IMG/VR virus record: IMGVR_UViG_3300030430_005376 | Coordinates: 64,001 to 128,000 of that record | Origin: a virus | DNA: 64,000 nt | Direction: 5' to 3' (one strand) | In this document: positions 18,872 to 28,727 of the stretch, one piece after another | How positions within the stretch are numbered: position 1 is the first letter of the stretch | Layout of the letters: each line of letters opens with the position of its first letter | Notes under the pieces: model-generated | What the model was told of the DNA's origin: nothing | What the model saw: the letters and a program-made list of their open reading frames with translations, nothing else | The model's database searches: none | Program-made: the position numbers and the translations under genes

Positions 18872-21800
18872 TTATTCAAAACTTACGCCTGAATTGGTAA
18901 TAATGAAATCTATTGCAATAAATTCTGCTGCTCTTGTTGGGACAAGCACAATTCTTCCATTAAGTCTATTCTGTTCTGCGTCTTCTGCAGTGTTGTTTGA
19001 AGAATCCATTATGACTCTGAAAGAGTCAATTCCTTGATTAGATTGGATTCTTGCCAGGCGAGGCTTTGTTGAATCAATAAATCTTTGTCTAGTAACAGGT
19101 GTGTTCTGTTCAAAAATCAAACCGTTTGCAATATCTGACACAATTCTCTTAACTTCTAGCAACATTCTTCTGACGTTTACTCTATCTAGCGCAGACTTTG
19201 CTTGCTGTAGCGTTTTCTGTCCAAATATCACAAATCCTCCGTCTGGGAATGAAGCGATAGGATTAATTCTTGTTTCATACAAAACGTTTCTATCTTCTGC
19301 GTTTAACCGAACCTCAGTGTTTAAGACCGAATCTAGTGCGCCTCTGTTAAATCCTGCAGGTGCAAACCACGGGAAAGCTACCCTGTCGTTGAAACCAAGG
19401 GCTCCGAGAGCAGCCACACTAGCTGGTACGTTTACTGCATCACCGTTAACTTCATCATTGATAATTACATCTGGGAAGTAAACAGCTGAGTAGTTACTGT
19501 CAAGAGCTCTTCCTTCAAACTGTTCAGCAGTTTTTCTTACGTTTGGCCGAGTCGAAGCTCCATCGTAAAGCCTAGTAAGATCATCGCTAAACGGAGGAAT
19601 GTCCATTAAGTATATTGCTTGGCTGTACTCTTTTGTTTTCTCCATCGCATGATCGGTAATGAAAGAACTTCTTAAACCTGGAAGTGTCACAATGTTAACT
19701 CTTGAAGCAAAAGGATCTGTAAGTATTGAGATTGCTGTTCTGTAAGAGCTCACAATGTTGTTTTCTTTTCCAGCGCCTGGCGAAGAGACAGCTGGCAAGT
19801 TTTCATACCCAGCAGCACCTCCAGTTGCTTTGCCTCCAGAGGCAACGTCAGAAGACTTATCATTCATAAGTCTTTGGTCTCTATCGAGAATGTTTAATCC
19901 GTCAAAGCCGCCATACATCATGTTAGTAAACTTCATGTATTCTGTAAATTTATTGAAAGCAGTGGCGGACTTAGCAGCAGCCAAGCTAGCAAATGTTAAC
20001 CTATCTAGAGCACCGTCCTTAATAGTGTATCTGGGCTTTTGAACTTTACCATTTCTGATGTACGCCGCCTCTACCATGTGTGCCGAGACAGAACCTGTTA
20101 TTTGATTTTGCAAAGAAACTGCGTCATCTAGGTTTTGAGTCGCAGATGCTGGCTGATTGAAGAAGGCTACTCTTGAAAGTGTAAATTTATTGTCATTGAA
20201 TAAGTCAACAGAAGAACCAGATAGTAATAAGTCTGATTTTTCTACTCCCAAGAACTTAGAGTAGGAATCTAATAATTTGTTTCTTTTACCAGATGCATTT
20301 GATTGCAAGACAGGGTTTGTAATGTCTTTTGATGAAGGAACAGTCTCAAATTTTACACCGAAGAAAAGCCTAGAGTCAGCTAGTTCTAAGATACCTGGGT
20401 CTCCTGTAAAGGAAGGAGAACTGTTAACTGCGCCTCTTGAAGCTTTAAACCTGAGAGGTACTGGTGGAAGTATAGATCTCTGCAATGCTGAACTACCAAC
20501 GCAACCTAATCTAAGAGTTGATGCGTGGTCACTTCCTCCTGCAAGAGTTGAAGTAGAGTCTGTAAGTGAAGTCGTTGTCTTAATCAGTGGAAGCCCTCTG
20601 AATCCGAAAGGAAGCGCGTCAGCCGGGACTTCGCCGTCTTCAACAGCAGCATTCATGACAATTCTAACAAAAGAAGATCTGTTTGGTCTCTTACCCGAAA
20701 CGTTCACTCTTCTTTCAGACTCAGTCTCTGCATCAAAATTAAACACGGCTTTGAAATCACCAATCTTGGTACCGACATAATCATCATCACCTGGATTAAG
20801 TGTGCAAAGAGGATACTGCTCCAGAATTTTCATATCAGTGTCAGTATCTGTGTAGTCTCTTACTAAAACTGTAAAAGTTCCGTATGGATTCTTAGGATCT
20901 GTTGATCTTCTTAAGTTTGATATTGAAATTTTAACTCTTCTATTTCCTGCGACACCATCATCAATTGACTCAAAGTGAAACAAGTCATACTCAGTATCTC
21001 CAAACGGCTGTGAGATAAACGAAGTGCTTCTCGAAGGACGATATCTTGTATCAAATCTTCCGTAGAGCTCTGTAAAGGGAGATCCTAATAATCCTCCAGA
21101 CTGGACTTGAGCATCTGATCCAGATGTGATACCTACGCTACCTGCAGAAGTCTTTACTTTTGCAAGTTCTGATTCAATTGGAAAGTCTGCATAGAGCAAG
21201 TGCTGCTCAGTGCCGAATCTGTCTGGGTTGGTGTTGAGAATTTTTCCAACAAAGTGTTGGCTTGCTGGATCTAGAGAAGCTGTGTAGATCCTAAGACCTG
21301 CTTGACCTTCATCATTTCCGTACAAGGATCCCATTGAAGAAGAAAGTACTATCTTAAAAGTACCAGCCCCAGAGCTACCGTCGTAAGCACTTATTGTTGC
21401 AATATCGTCGCTCACATTCGAGGTTGAGTAAGACTGATCATGGTCCAGAACCATGACTCTGGATCCTGTAGCAGTAAGTATCATTGATCTTACAAAGTGC
21501 ATGTCGCCTGTAGATGTTACAGAGCTGTTATCTGTAAGTACTGGATAACCTGCTGCCTCATTTGTCCCCTGTGTATGAATTGCTGTTAAAAACTGAACTG
21601 TTCCGTTGTATCTACTATCTTCAGATGCTTCTGCTCTAGAACCTGAGAGTCTGAAGCCTGCGTTTTTAACAATACCTGCAGTTTGTGTTAGAGAAATTTC
21701 TGATGTCGTAGCGTTTGCACCTGCCCCCAACACTCTAATGTATGTAAGAGCTGTTCTGTTTTTTAACCACTCGTTAGCTGCATAAGGACCAAACCTATCA

Positions 21801-21988
21801 GGGTCTAGAGAACCAAATTTTGATTCAAAATCAGCAAATGATCCCACAGTAACTGGCACAAACGCAGGTCCTTTTATTGAAGTTCCAATTACTCCTGCCG
21901 GGGTGCCTACAATCTCTGTAGTACGCTGAGTGAGATCAATCTCTCTCTCAAAAAAGCCCGGAGATCTGAAAGTTTGTTCTGCCATCAA
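18872..21988 (-). CDS. Tail sheath protein 2 (gp18-like)
   Basis: SPGFFEREIDL, GPAFVP, WFAPAGFNRG, FGQKTL, DRVNVRRMLL, IFEQN, PTRAAEFI. Confidence 0.95.
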   Translation of the reverse strand: MMAEQTFRSPGFFEREIDLTQRTTEIVGTPAGVIGTSIKGPAFVPVTVGSFADFESKFGSLDPDRFGPYAANEWLKNRTALTYIRVLGAGANATTSEISLTQTAGIVKNAGFRLSGSRAEASEDSRYNGTVQFLTAIHTQGTNEAAGYPVLTDNSSVTSTGDMHFVRSMILTATGSRVMVLDHDQSYSTSNVSDDIATISAYDGSSGAGTFKIVLSSSMGSLYGNDEGQAGLRIYTASLDPASQHFVGKILNTNPDRFGTEQHLLYADFPIESELAKVKTSAGSVGITSGSDAQVQSGGLLGSPFTELYGRFDTRYRPSRSTSFISQPFGDTEYDLFHFESIDDGVAGNRRVKISISNLRRSTDPKNPYGTFTVLVRDYTDTDTDMKILEQYPLCTLNPGDDDYVGTKIGDFKAVFNFDAETESERRVNVSGKRPNRSSFVRIVMNAAVEDGEVPADALPFGFRGLPLIKTTTSLTDSTSTLAGGSDHASTLRLGCVGSSALQRSILPPVPLRFKASRGAVNSSPSFTGDPGILELADSRLFFGVKFETVPSSKDITNPVLQSNASGKRNKLLDSYSKFLGVEKSDLLLSGSSVDLFNDNKFTLSRVAFFNQPASATQNLDDAVSLQNQITGSVSAHMVEAAYIRNGKVQKPRYTIKDGALDRLTFASLAAAKSATAFNKFTEYMKFTNMMYGGFDGLNILDRDQRLMNDKSSDVASGGKATGGAAGYENLPAVSSPGAGKENNIVSSYRTAISILTDPFASRVNIVTLPGLRSSFITDHAMEKTKEYSQAIYLMDIPPFSDDLTRLYDGASTRPNVRKTAEQFEGRALDSNYSAVYFPDVIINDEVNGDAVNVPASVAALGALGFNDRVAFPWFAPAGFNRGALDSVLNTEVRLNAEDRNVLYETRINPIASFPDGGFVIFGQKTLQQAKSALDRVNVRRMLLEVKRIVSDIANGLIFEQNTPVTRQRFIDSTKPRLARIQSNQGIDSFRVIMDSSNNTAEDAEQNRLNGRIVLVPTRAAEFIAIDFIITNSGVSFE

Positions 21989-22043
21989 TTTCTCCTAAAT
22001 TTTCTATTATAACTATGTTTCGAATTCTTAAACATCTCTTTAA

Positions 22044-23255
22044 TTATGAATCAATTGACTCAATTTCCTCTAATAATTCAGAAGAGGCGACGGTCTCGCC
22101 TGTTCTTTGATTTCTATGTCTTACTTTTGAAAATTCAGTCTTTGTGCTATTAGTAAAAGGATTGACAATTTTGTTTTCAAGAACTTCTCTGCTTTGTCCT
22201 CTCTGCAGTTGATTTTCTTTTATGTTTGTAAGATCTTGAAGTACATGCCTTTTAACCTTGTCTCTCTTTCTCTCAGGCTGATAATCAATTACTTCTGCTT
22301 CTCCTTGAGTTACACCAAAACTAATTTCTGGTGCAGATATGTAGCTTCTCAATAGTTTTGGCATGCCCGGGTGTTTAGGATTGATAATGTAGCCCGGAAT
22401 GGTAACTGTGAAGCTGTGTTTAATAATTCTTTCACTCTCAGTAAATTCATCTAAATTAGTGCCGGAATTTGAGAAAGGACCTGAAAAGAAAGCTACTAAT
22501 TCATATCCTCCTTCTGTCAGCATTGGTATTTCTTCACCTTGCCCGGTAAAGTTAAGCAAAAGTGTTTCAATCATTTGGTTTGATTGCTTCATGTACTGTG
22601 TCCAAAAAATCACATCATAAGTCACTGCAACAAATTCTGGATAAGGTATTTCAATAATTTCAAACATGTTGCGACCTAAGTCTTCTTTTAGCGATACTTC
22701 AGCAACACTAGAAAATCCTAAATTTGCAGAAGATCTTCTAGTAGAGACAGATTCAGGTCTTGCTGCAAAGCCCGGAGTTGGGTTGTTTAGAATAAAGTTG
22801 TTTTTTGATGATACATTTTTTTGGCTTTTGAGCCCCTGCTTGTTAATAATATTTTGATACTTTCTATCTCTTTCGCTAAGTCTATATTTGATTATATAAC
22901 TTTCTTGTTCTCTAAAAGCAATAGCAGTTCTTTTGTTTGCTTGAGATGGTGAAAAGTCAATATTTTGTCGCATTATTGAAACTAAAGGTAAAATTAGAGC
23001 GTTTTCACTGTCTCGAATTGGGTTCTTTCTTCTTGTAAGCGCGAATCTTTCACCTGACGCAAAAATAACAGGAACTTTCTGAACAGAACCTTTGTTTTTT
23101 ACTTCAAAAGAAATTTTCTCATCAAATAATTTAAATATAGCTCTGTCAATATCAGCAATTCCTATTGATGGTATGTCAAAGTCTTCTGGTGCATTATTAC
23201 CATCAAAACTTCTAATTATCTTTTCACCTTTTGGATCATTTGGATTGTGAGCCAT
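22044..23255 (-). CDS. Tail terminator / tail completion protein (gp15-like)
   Basis: VPVIFASGERF, LILPLVSI and PYPEFVAVTYDVIFWT pattern; between neck genes and sheath. Confidence 0.65.
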   Translation of the reverse strand: MAHNPNDPKGEKIIRSFDGNNAPEDFDIPSIGIADIDRAIFKLFDEKISFEVKNKGSVQKVPVIFASGERFALTRRKNPIRDSENALILPLVSIMRQNIDFSPSQANKRTAIAFREQESYIIKYRLSERDRKYQNIINKQGLKSQKNVSSKNNFILNNPTPGFAARPESVSTRRSSANLGFSSVAEVSLKEDLGRNMFEIIEIPYPEFVAVTYDVIFWTQYMKQSNQMIETLLLNFTGQGEEIPMLTEGGYELVAFFSGPFSNSGTNLDEFTESERIIKHSFTVTIPGYIINPKHPGMPKLLRSYISAPEISFGVTQGEAEVIDYQPERKRDKVKRHVLQDLTNIKENQLQRGQSREVLENKIVNPFTNSTKTEFSKVRHRNQRTGETVASSELLEEIESIDS

Positions 23256-23257
23256 TT

Positions 23258-23923
23258 TCAGTCCTCATCATAGAATGCAGAACCTACGTTACTAGAATCG
23301 CCTTCAGGTGAAACTTCTTTTGGTCCTGTGATTGGGCCTTCAAGTACTCCTCTCTTCTGGAGCTCTCTGACATCGCCTGTTTCGCCAAGTTTGTTATTCT
23401 TAGCACCTCTTTGTTGTACAAATGTATCTTGAACAGCATCTTCGTCTGTAAACGATTCTGAAGTTGGACCAAACACCTTTGATATAAACTGGCCTTTTCT
23501 CGACTGTTTGCCTGTGATTGTAATATACTGCTTGTTCTCAATTTGTCCAAAAATAACATTTGTCGCAGGGCTTTTAATGACTTCAAAAAATACAGTGCCG
23601 TACGAAAAAAAGTCCCCCTCTAATATCTCTATCCCTTTGTCAATTAAGTCTCTAGACTGTATGTACGCTTCAACCGTGTAGTACTCTTCTGAACCGAATC
23701 TATTTGTTCTAATTTCTTGAGGAAGGTACTTAACTAAACAGTCTATTTCGATCGGGTTTTCAAAGACTTTGTCTGGTGATTCTTCATACACATCATGAAC
23801 TTTAGACTTAATTTCACTAATCGGAAAATAGTAGATTCTTTGTCCTATTACGTCTTTTACAATTTCTTTAGCAACATCGTTGATGAAGTTAATTTCTCTT
23901 GGCGTTATAAAAACTCTACCCAT
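23258..23923 (-). CDS. Neck / head-closure protein (gp14-like)
   Basis: IGQRIYYFPI...VYEES..KVF.NPIEI, GIEILEGDFF.YG; synteny with gp13-like gene. Confidence 0.7.
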   Translation of the reverse strand: MGRVFITPREINFINDVAKEIVKDVIGQRIYYFPISEIKSKVHDVYEESPDKVFENPIEIDCLVKYLPQEIRTNRFGSEEYYTVEAYIQSRDLIDKGIEILEGDFFSYGTVFFEVIKSPATNVIFGQIENKQYITITGKQSRKGQFISKVFGPTSESFTDEDAVQDTFVQQRGAKNNKLGETGDVRELQKRGVLEGPITGPKEVSPEGDSSNVGSAFYDED

Positions 23924-23926
23924 GTA

Positions 23927-25102
23927 TTACCCCATAAATATTGCTTTACCTAGTGGCATAGGTACAAAGCGAAGTTGCTTGTTCATTTGTTCTGCCCGAG
24001 TAGACTGTATTTCTATCAGCTTGTCATATGTCATTGTTTCGAGCATTTCTTTCAGCTGTGTTTTCAACTCTTTCTGATCTTCACGCCCTTGTGATATCAA
24101 GTCTCCTCCGTTTAGTGTGACATCACCTCCAGGAATGGGTATGTTTCCAAATTTTGATCGAACGATACCTAGTTGTTCTCTGCTCAAAGCAAGAGTGTAT
24201 TGCCTTATCCACTGTCTTCCTATCGAATTAATCTTCTTGTATTCAATGTTACCAAAAGGAAGATTTGACATGTTTGATACACCTGCAATAGTTGCGTCTT
24301 TATAGGCAGGTGATGTCGGGTCTGGATATTGTCGCACTCTTATGTAAAGTTTTTTCTCAGTAAGTGAAGTAGGCGTTGGAAATATCCTAATTTTTGTGCC
24401 GCTTATTTCGTAAGAGTAGTTTGATCTTCTTACGCGGTTAGACAAATCAAGCTGTCCTGCTCTAAGAATATCTTCGAAAACAGGTAGAACATAAAATATT
24501 GTTTCTGGAGTAAATGATTCAAAAGAAAATTCATTATTCAAGTAGTTGATTGCTGAAGTTGTGTCAAAAAATCTATAAGCAGCTTGTGGGTTAAAGTGAA
24601 AAACTTCAACTATTTTAAGTTTACCCTTAGCATCGTTGAATATGGCATTGTCATTAGAATCTTTTAGCTCTGTGTACATGTCATAGTCTTGACGACCAGA
24701 CTCTAGAGCAATTGAGCCTGACACTGTGTTATAAGATCCTCCGACACCTGCTTCCATTGCGTAAGGTTCAGCAAATCTAGATAAATACTCAAGGTTGTCT
24801 CTAATGAATTTTTCTTCGCTGCCGGACGCTATGTGAGGATTATCAGCGCTTCCTGTTGGAAAACCTAAATAATTTACAAGTTGAGACTTTGCCTGGTACT
24901 GATTTAAAATTGAACTATATTCTAGCGTTGACTCTTCAAAATTTGCAAAAATTTGTTTTTTTGTGAGTTCAACACTTAAAATATCATCGCCCATCTTTCG
25001 CTTAACAAATGTGACAAGATTATCAGCCTCGCTTGAAAAAGACGAATCATCGTCGAAAATACCAAACGGTGTTGCGTTAGAAGTATTTGCAAATGTTGTC
25101 AC
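23927..25102 (-). CDS. Neck / head-tail adaptor protein (gp13-like)
   Basis: KRKMGDDILSVELT near the N-terminus; WIRQYTLAL...LG.VRSKF..IP.PGG.VTLNG..L at the C-terminus; GTG start with GGAG SD. Confidence 0.8.
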   Translation of the reverse strand: MTTFANTSNATPFGIFDDDSSFSSEADNLVTFVKRKMGDDILSVELTKKQIFANFEESTLEYSSILNQYQAKSQLVNYLGFPTGSADNPHIASGSEEKFIRDNLEYLSRFAEPYAMEAGVGGSYNTVSGSIALESGRQDYDMYTELKDSNDNAIFNDAKGKLKIVEVFHFNPQAAYRFFDTTSAINYLNNEFSFESFTPETIFYVLPVFEDILRAGQLDLSNRVRRSNYSYEISGTKIRIFPTPTSLTEKKLYIRVRQYPDPTSPAYKDATIAGVSNMSNLPFGNIEYKKINSIGRQWIRQYTLALSREQLGIVRSKFGNIPIPGGDVTLNGGDLISQGREDQKELKTQLKEMLETMTYDKLIEIQSTRAEQMNKQLRFVPMPLGKAIFMG

Positions 25103-25163
25103 AAAAATCTCCGACTTTTTGGTTCATAATATATATCGTCGAAAGTTTTGTTTGTCTAGAATC

Positions 25164-26486
25164 TTAAATAAGGTTTTCTATTTCAAAAAATATGTCGTCT
25201 TTCGTATCAATTCTAGACTCAAAAAGGTCAGCTAGTTTAAAATTGAGAATCATCTTTTTAATTTTTTTTGTGTCTTCTTTTATTTGATTGCTAGATTTTT
25301 TATTTTTATCCTCTTGTTTTGAGTTTGCATCACTTATATTATAAAGGTCAAGCACATTTTTTTCAAAGTCGTCTATCAGATCACAAATTTTTTCATATTC
25401 TGCTTCTACGTTTCTATCACTCATCAGGTGCATCATCGCGGTGTCTCTGTTTTTCATCAAGTTTTGCAAAGAAACAAGATTTGTAATAATTTCGTTTTCT
25501 CGATTAATGTAGTAATCTAAACTATCTTTTGTGTCATTGTTCTGTATGCGGGCTTGCTCTATATCATCTAACCCTTCCATTTCGCTAAAGTCGTCGTCAG
25601 GGTCTAATAGTCTTACAAGATTTGTTTCATTTATTTTTTGCTGAGGGGACACAGCGGACCAAGATTGAAACGGCGCATTAGTCGGCTCTTTATAGTCTAA
25701 TATTATCACATCAATTACAGGTTTGATTTTGTCATTGTTTATAGTTTTGACGCCTTTAAATTTTGATCGCCCTGGAATTGGCCTAAAATAAAATTTGTTA
25801 TTTCCCGGGTCGATTGCTATTTGTGACCTTGTCTTGTAAGATGATAAGTTTCTGTGTGCATCATACGCTGTGTGATTACCAAAGAGTTTATAATTTAGTC
25901 CATCGAGTATTTTTTCGATTGTTGCTCCTTGAGAAAACATAACTTCGCCGACTGCTTTTCTTGTTACCGAAGAGATGTAATCCATGTGATCGTCGTCTAG
26001 TGAGAAACCACCTCCGAGCAATTCAATGGAATGATTTGTTCGAACTGTAGGTGTTTTCTTTTTAGTCACATCTAAAATTTTTGGTTTGCCTCTTTTATCA
26101 AATTCTAGAAGTACTGCATTGTTCTCACTTATAATAATTGTATTGCCATATACTTCGTGATTCGGTTCACACATTAAATTTGCAGCTTGAGATGGAGTTT
26201 TTGCTTGCATGAGAGCACGCAATATATTTTTACCTTCGTCCGATTTTTCTTTATTAAAATCAGTACCGTTTTCTAAGGCGGAGTTTAATATTCCAATTCT
26301 TGTGTGTCCGTTATATCCTTCCATATAATTTGTGTCATAATCATAAAGAATAACATACTCTGCATCTTGACTAACTTTGTGCACAATTGAAACGCTAGGT
26401 GAATACACTCTATCTCTATTTTTTGCAATGACAAAACCGTTATCAATCTTTTTGCAGCCAACAACGCATTCTTCTATGAGAGACAT
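25164..26486 (-). CDS. Ntn-hydrolase (NRDE/TANGO2 or C45-like) with short propeptide and C-terminal extension
   Basis: MSLIEE-CVVGC...VIAKNRDR, EGYN..IGILNS, VRTNH: N-terminal-nucleophile pattern with Cys at residue 7. Confidence 0.7.
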   Translation of the reverse strand: MSLIEECVVGCKKIDNGFVIAKNRDRVYSPSVSIVHKVSQDAEYVILYDYDTNYMEGYNGHTRIGILNSALENGTDFNKEKSDEGKNILRALMQAKTPSQAANLMCEPNHEVYGNTIIISENNAVLLEFDKRGKPKILDVTKKKTPTVRTNHSIELLGGGFSLDDDHMDYISSVTRKAVGEVMFSQGATIEKILDGLNYKLFGNHTAYDAHRNLSSYKTRSQIAIDPGNNKFYFRPIPGRSKFKGVKTINNDKIKPVIDVIILDYKEPTNAPFQSWSAVSPQQKINETNLVRLLDPDDDFSEMEGLDDIEQARIQNNDTKDSLDYYINRENEIITNLVSLQNLMKNRDTAMMHLMSDRNVEAEYEKICDLIDDFEKNVLDLYNISDANSKQEDKNKKSSNQIKEDTKKIKKMILNFKLADLFESRIDTKDDIFFEIENLI

Positions 26487-26512
26487 TAGTTACAACCCAT
26501 TTATCGTATAAG

Positions 26513-27298
26513 TTAAATATCTAGATGATCGTAAAACATCACTTGCTGATTGTATAAGTCATCAATTGTCTTGATATTACTTTCATTTGTAGTTAACTTT
26601 TTGTATAGCTCAATATCTTTTGACCAAGCTCTGCCTGTCCACCACTCAAATCCGGCGTAATTACTTTTACTTAATGCACTACACTCATAAGAAGAGCCGA
26701 GATAAATGTAATCAAAACCACTATTTTGTGCAACTTGCTGCTCTACGTAATAGCTTATTTTTCCTAAGTTGAGTTCAGGTGAAGCATAATCCCAAGAAAA
26801 TTGAGTAGCTACAACCGAGTTGTTGACAACATCTAGCAGGGAAAAAGCGACAGGTTTTTTAAAATGATAAAAGACAATTGTTATACGATCGTCACCATAG
26901 TCAGATTTTGCAAACGGGTGATCAGCCCCGTACATATCTACAAAACCTCTGGCATTTAGATAAAGGTTGTATATCTTTATCATGGTCTCGACATCAAAAC
27001 TGTCATAGAGCTTATAAGATAAATTGTTATCTTTGTTTAAAAGCTTCCTGTGCCTTTTTTTAAAAACATAATCACTAGGTTTCAACCTGGCTGTCCTGCT
27101 TTGATACCACACAGGAGTTCCGCTTTCCTTACATTTTCTAAACCAACTACAGTTAGGGTTATACCAAGTAGACGTAATTAACCACCCATTTTGTAAGGCG
27201 TAATCAAACTGATCACGCTCAAATATCGCAGATACAGGAGAATGTATTATTTCATACTCTTGAGTTTTACCAGCGACGTGATCAAAAAATAGCTGCAA
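26513..27298 (-). CDS. Aminoacyl-tRNA-protein transferase, ATE1/Bpt-like (GNAT-related)
   Basis: ALQNGW, WYQSRTARL, FSWDY..PELNLGKISYYVE...YIYLGSSYE...KSNY match the ATE C-terminal domain pattern; TTG start. Confidence 0.75.
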   Translation of the reverse strand: MQLFFDHVAGKTQEYEIIHSPVSAIFERDQFDYALQNGWLITSTWYNPNCSWFRKCKESGTPVWYQSRTARLKPSDYVFKKRHRKLLNKDNNLSYKLYDSFDVETMIKIYNLYLNARGFVDMYGADHPFAKSDYGDDRITIVFYHFKKPVAFSLLDVVNNSVVATQFSWDYASPELNLGKISYYVEQQVAQNSGFDYIYLGSSYECSALSKSNYAGFEWWTGRAWSKDIELYKKLTTNESNIKTIDDLYNQQVMFYDHLDI

Positions 27299-27301
27299 GT
27301 A

Positions 27302-27904
27302 TTATTCCTGTTTTAACAAAGTAAATTCCCATCCGGCGCTTCCGGCTTCGACAGACTTAAGCTCAACTTGGACTTTTAGAGGTGGTGCTTTAAAGTCATC
27401 CGGGACAGGATCTCGCCAAATAATCCTGTTGGAGGGCTGGGCTGCGATTTGACCGTTGTCAAGCTGGATTAGATAAGCAGACTTTCTTATCTCTGGAGAC
27501 TCTCCTCCCGAACCAATGGCCCAGTCAATAGTGCAATAGTATTTTCCGGCGAAGAAGCCTTTGCCTGGTACGTATACATTGCACCGGCGACCAAACAGCA
27601 TGTTGTAAACTACTGAAGTACAGTGATAAGAAAAACAATCGTAAACTTGAAGTTGCGAGAGAGACAGTTGATCTCCTTCTGGTTGTTTCCACTTGATTGC
27701 ATCAATCGGTAATCTCTCATATATTGCACCGTTTTCTAACTCTACATGAAAAGATAGCACTCTGCACATAATTGAACAACCTGCAAAGATAACACCTTTA
27801 AAGTACGCTTGATCAGGATTATTTGCAATGACATTTGAATCAACAAGAACTGGAAGAGGATCCAGATTAGTGAGTAAAAAGTTTTTTTGAACTAATCTGT
27901 CCAC
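27302..27904 (-). CDS. Conserved phage hypothetical protein
   Basis: FHVELENGAIYERLPI, LQVYDCFS, YYCTIDW, LDNGQIAAQPSNRIIW; recalled from a family of uncharacterised phage proteins. Confidence 0.7.
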   Translation of the reverse strand: MDRLVQKNFLLTNLDPLPVLVDSNVIANNPDQAYFKGVIFAGCSIMCRVLSFHVELENGAIYERLPIDAIKWKQPEGDQLSLSQLQVYDCFSYHCTSVVYNMLFGRRCNVYVPGKGFFAGKYYCTIDWAIGSGGESPEIRKSAYLIQLDNGQIAAQPSNRIIWRDPVPDDFKAPPLKVQVELKSVEAGSAGWEFTLLKQE

Positions 27905-27906
27905 AG

Positions 27907-28719
27907 CTATTCTCCTAAAGAATACAAGTCAAAAAGACTTTCTAGTCTTCTCTGATTTAACCATTTTAGGGAGATTCCATCTTTTATTTTTCTCGTTATT
28001 CCTGGACCATTAGAAGCAGCTGTAAAATTTATAGACCCACCGTAACTTACGCAAGGTATTCCATATACTTCAATTTTTTTAAATCTCTTAGAAAATTTTT
28101 CAACCCATGTATAAGTCTGATTAGGACATAAGTCAAAGTTGTCTGACTGAGATATTATTATTCCTCCTGGTTTGAGTAGACTAAAAATTGCGCTCATTAC
28201 TTCATCTGACATTATACCTTCAGAGGGAGTATCATGTTGAGGGTCAGTAATGTCTAGAAAGATAGCGTCGTATTTTTCTTTACAGTGTAGCGCCCACTGA
28301 CATGCATCTTCGACATGGAGAACGCACCTTTTATCATTAAAAGAGTCAAGGTTAAGAGAAGAGAGATACTTTTTAGAAGCTTCAATGACTTCTACGTCTA
28401 TTTCTACAAGATCTACAACGATATCATCATACTTTAATATTTCTCTAACCAGGCATCCGTCTCCTCCACCGAGAACAAGAGTTCGGCTTGGTGAGTCCAG
28501 AGAGTTCAATACTGGGTGGACCATAGACTCGTGGTATTTTGCATCATCGAGTTCTGAAAGTTGAAGTATATTATCTAAAACTAATGTCTTGCCTAAAGAG
28601 CCTAATTCAACTACTTGAAGCTTTTGAAACTTGGTTAAACTCTCGTGTAAGACTTTAATCAGAGGAAATGTGTGTGCGTGTCCTTCGTTAGAGAGTACAA
28701 AAGTCATTTGATTTGTCAT
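27907..28719 (-). CDS. speE: Spermidine synthase / aminopropyltransferase
   Basis: GKTLVLDNILQ, YHESMVHP, LVLGGGDGC, VEID..V, FLDITDP. Confidence 0.92.
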   Translation of the reverse strand: MTNQMTFVLSNEGHAHTFPLIKVLHESLTKFQKLQVVELGSLGKTLVLDNILQLSELDDAKYHESMVHPVLNSLDSPSRTLVLGGGDGCLVREILKYDDIVVDLVEIDVEVIEASKKYLSSLNLDSFNDKRCVLHVEDACQWALHCKEKYDAIFLDITDPQHDTPSEGIMSDEVMSAIFSLLKPGGIIISQSDNFDLCPNQTYTWVEKFSKRFKKIEVYGIPCVSYGGSINFTAASNGPGITRKIKDGISLKWLNQRRLESLFDLYSLGE

Positions 28720-28727
28720 TTTAAAAC

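Noticed and set aside
17721-20780. Several 90-170 aa plus-strand ORFs inside the sheath genes
   Set aside because: Antisense shadows expected from codon bias of long real genes; no SD or recognisable motifs.
7373-21988. Interpretation as a bacterial eCIS/tailocin locus
   Set aside because: Co-linear capsid, portal, terminase, protease and neck genes show a complete phage virion module.
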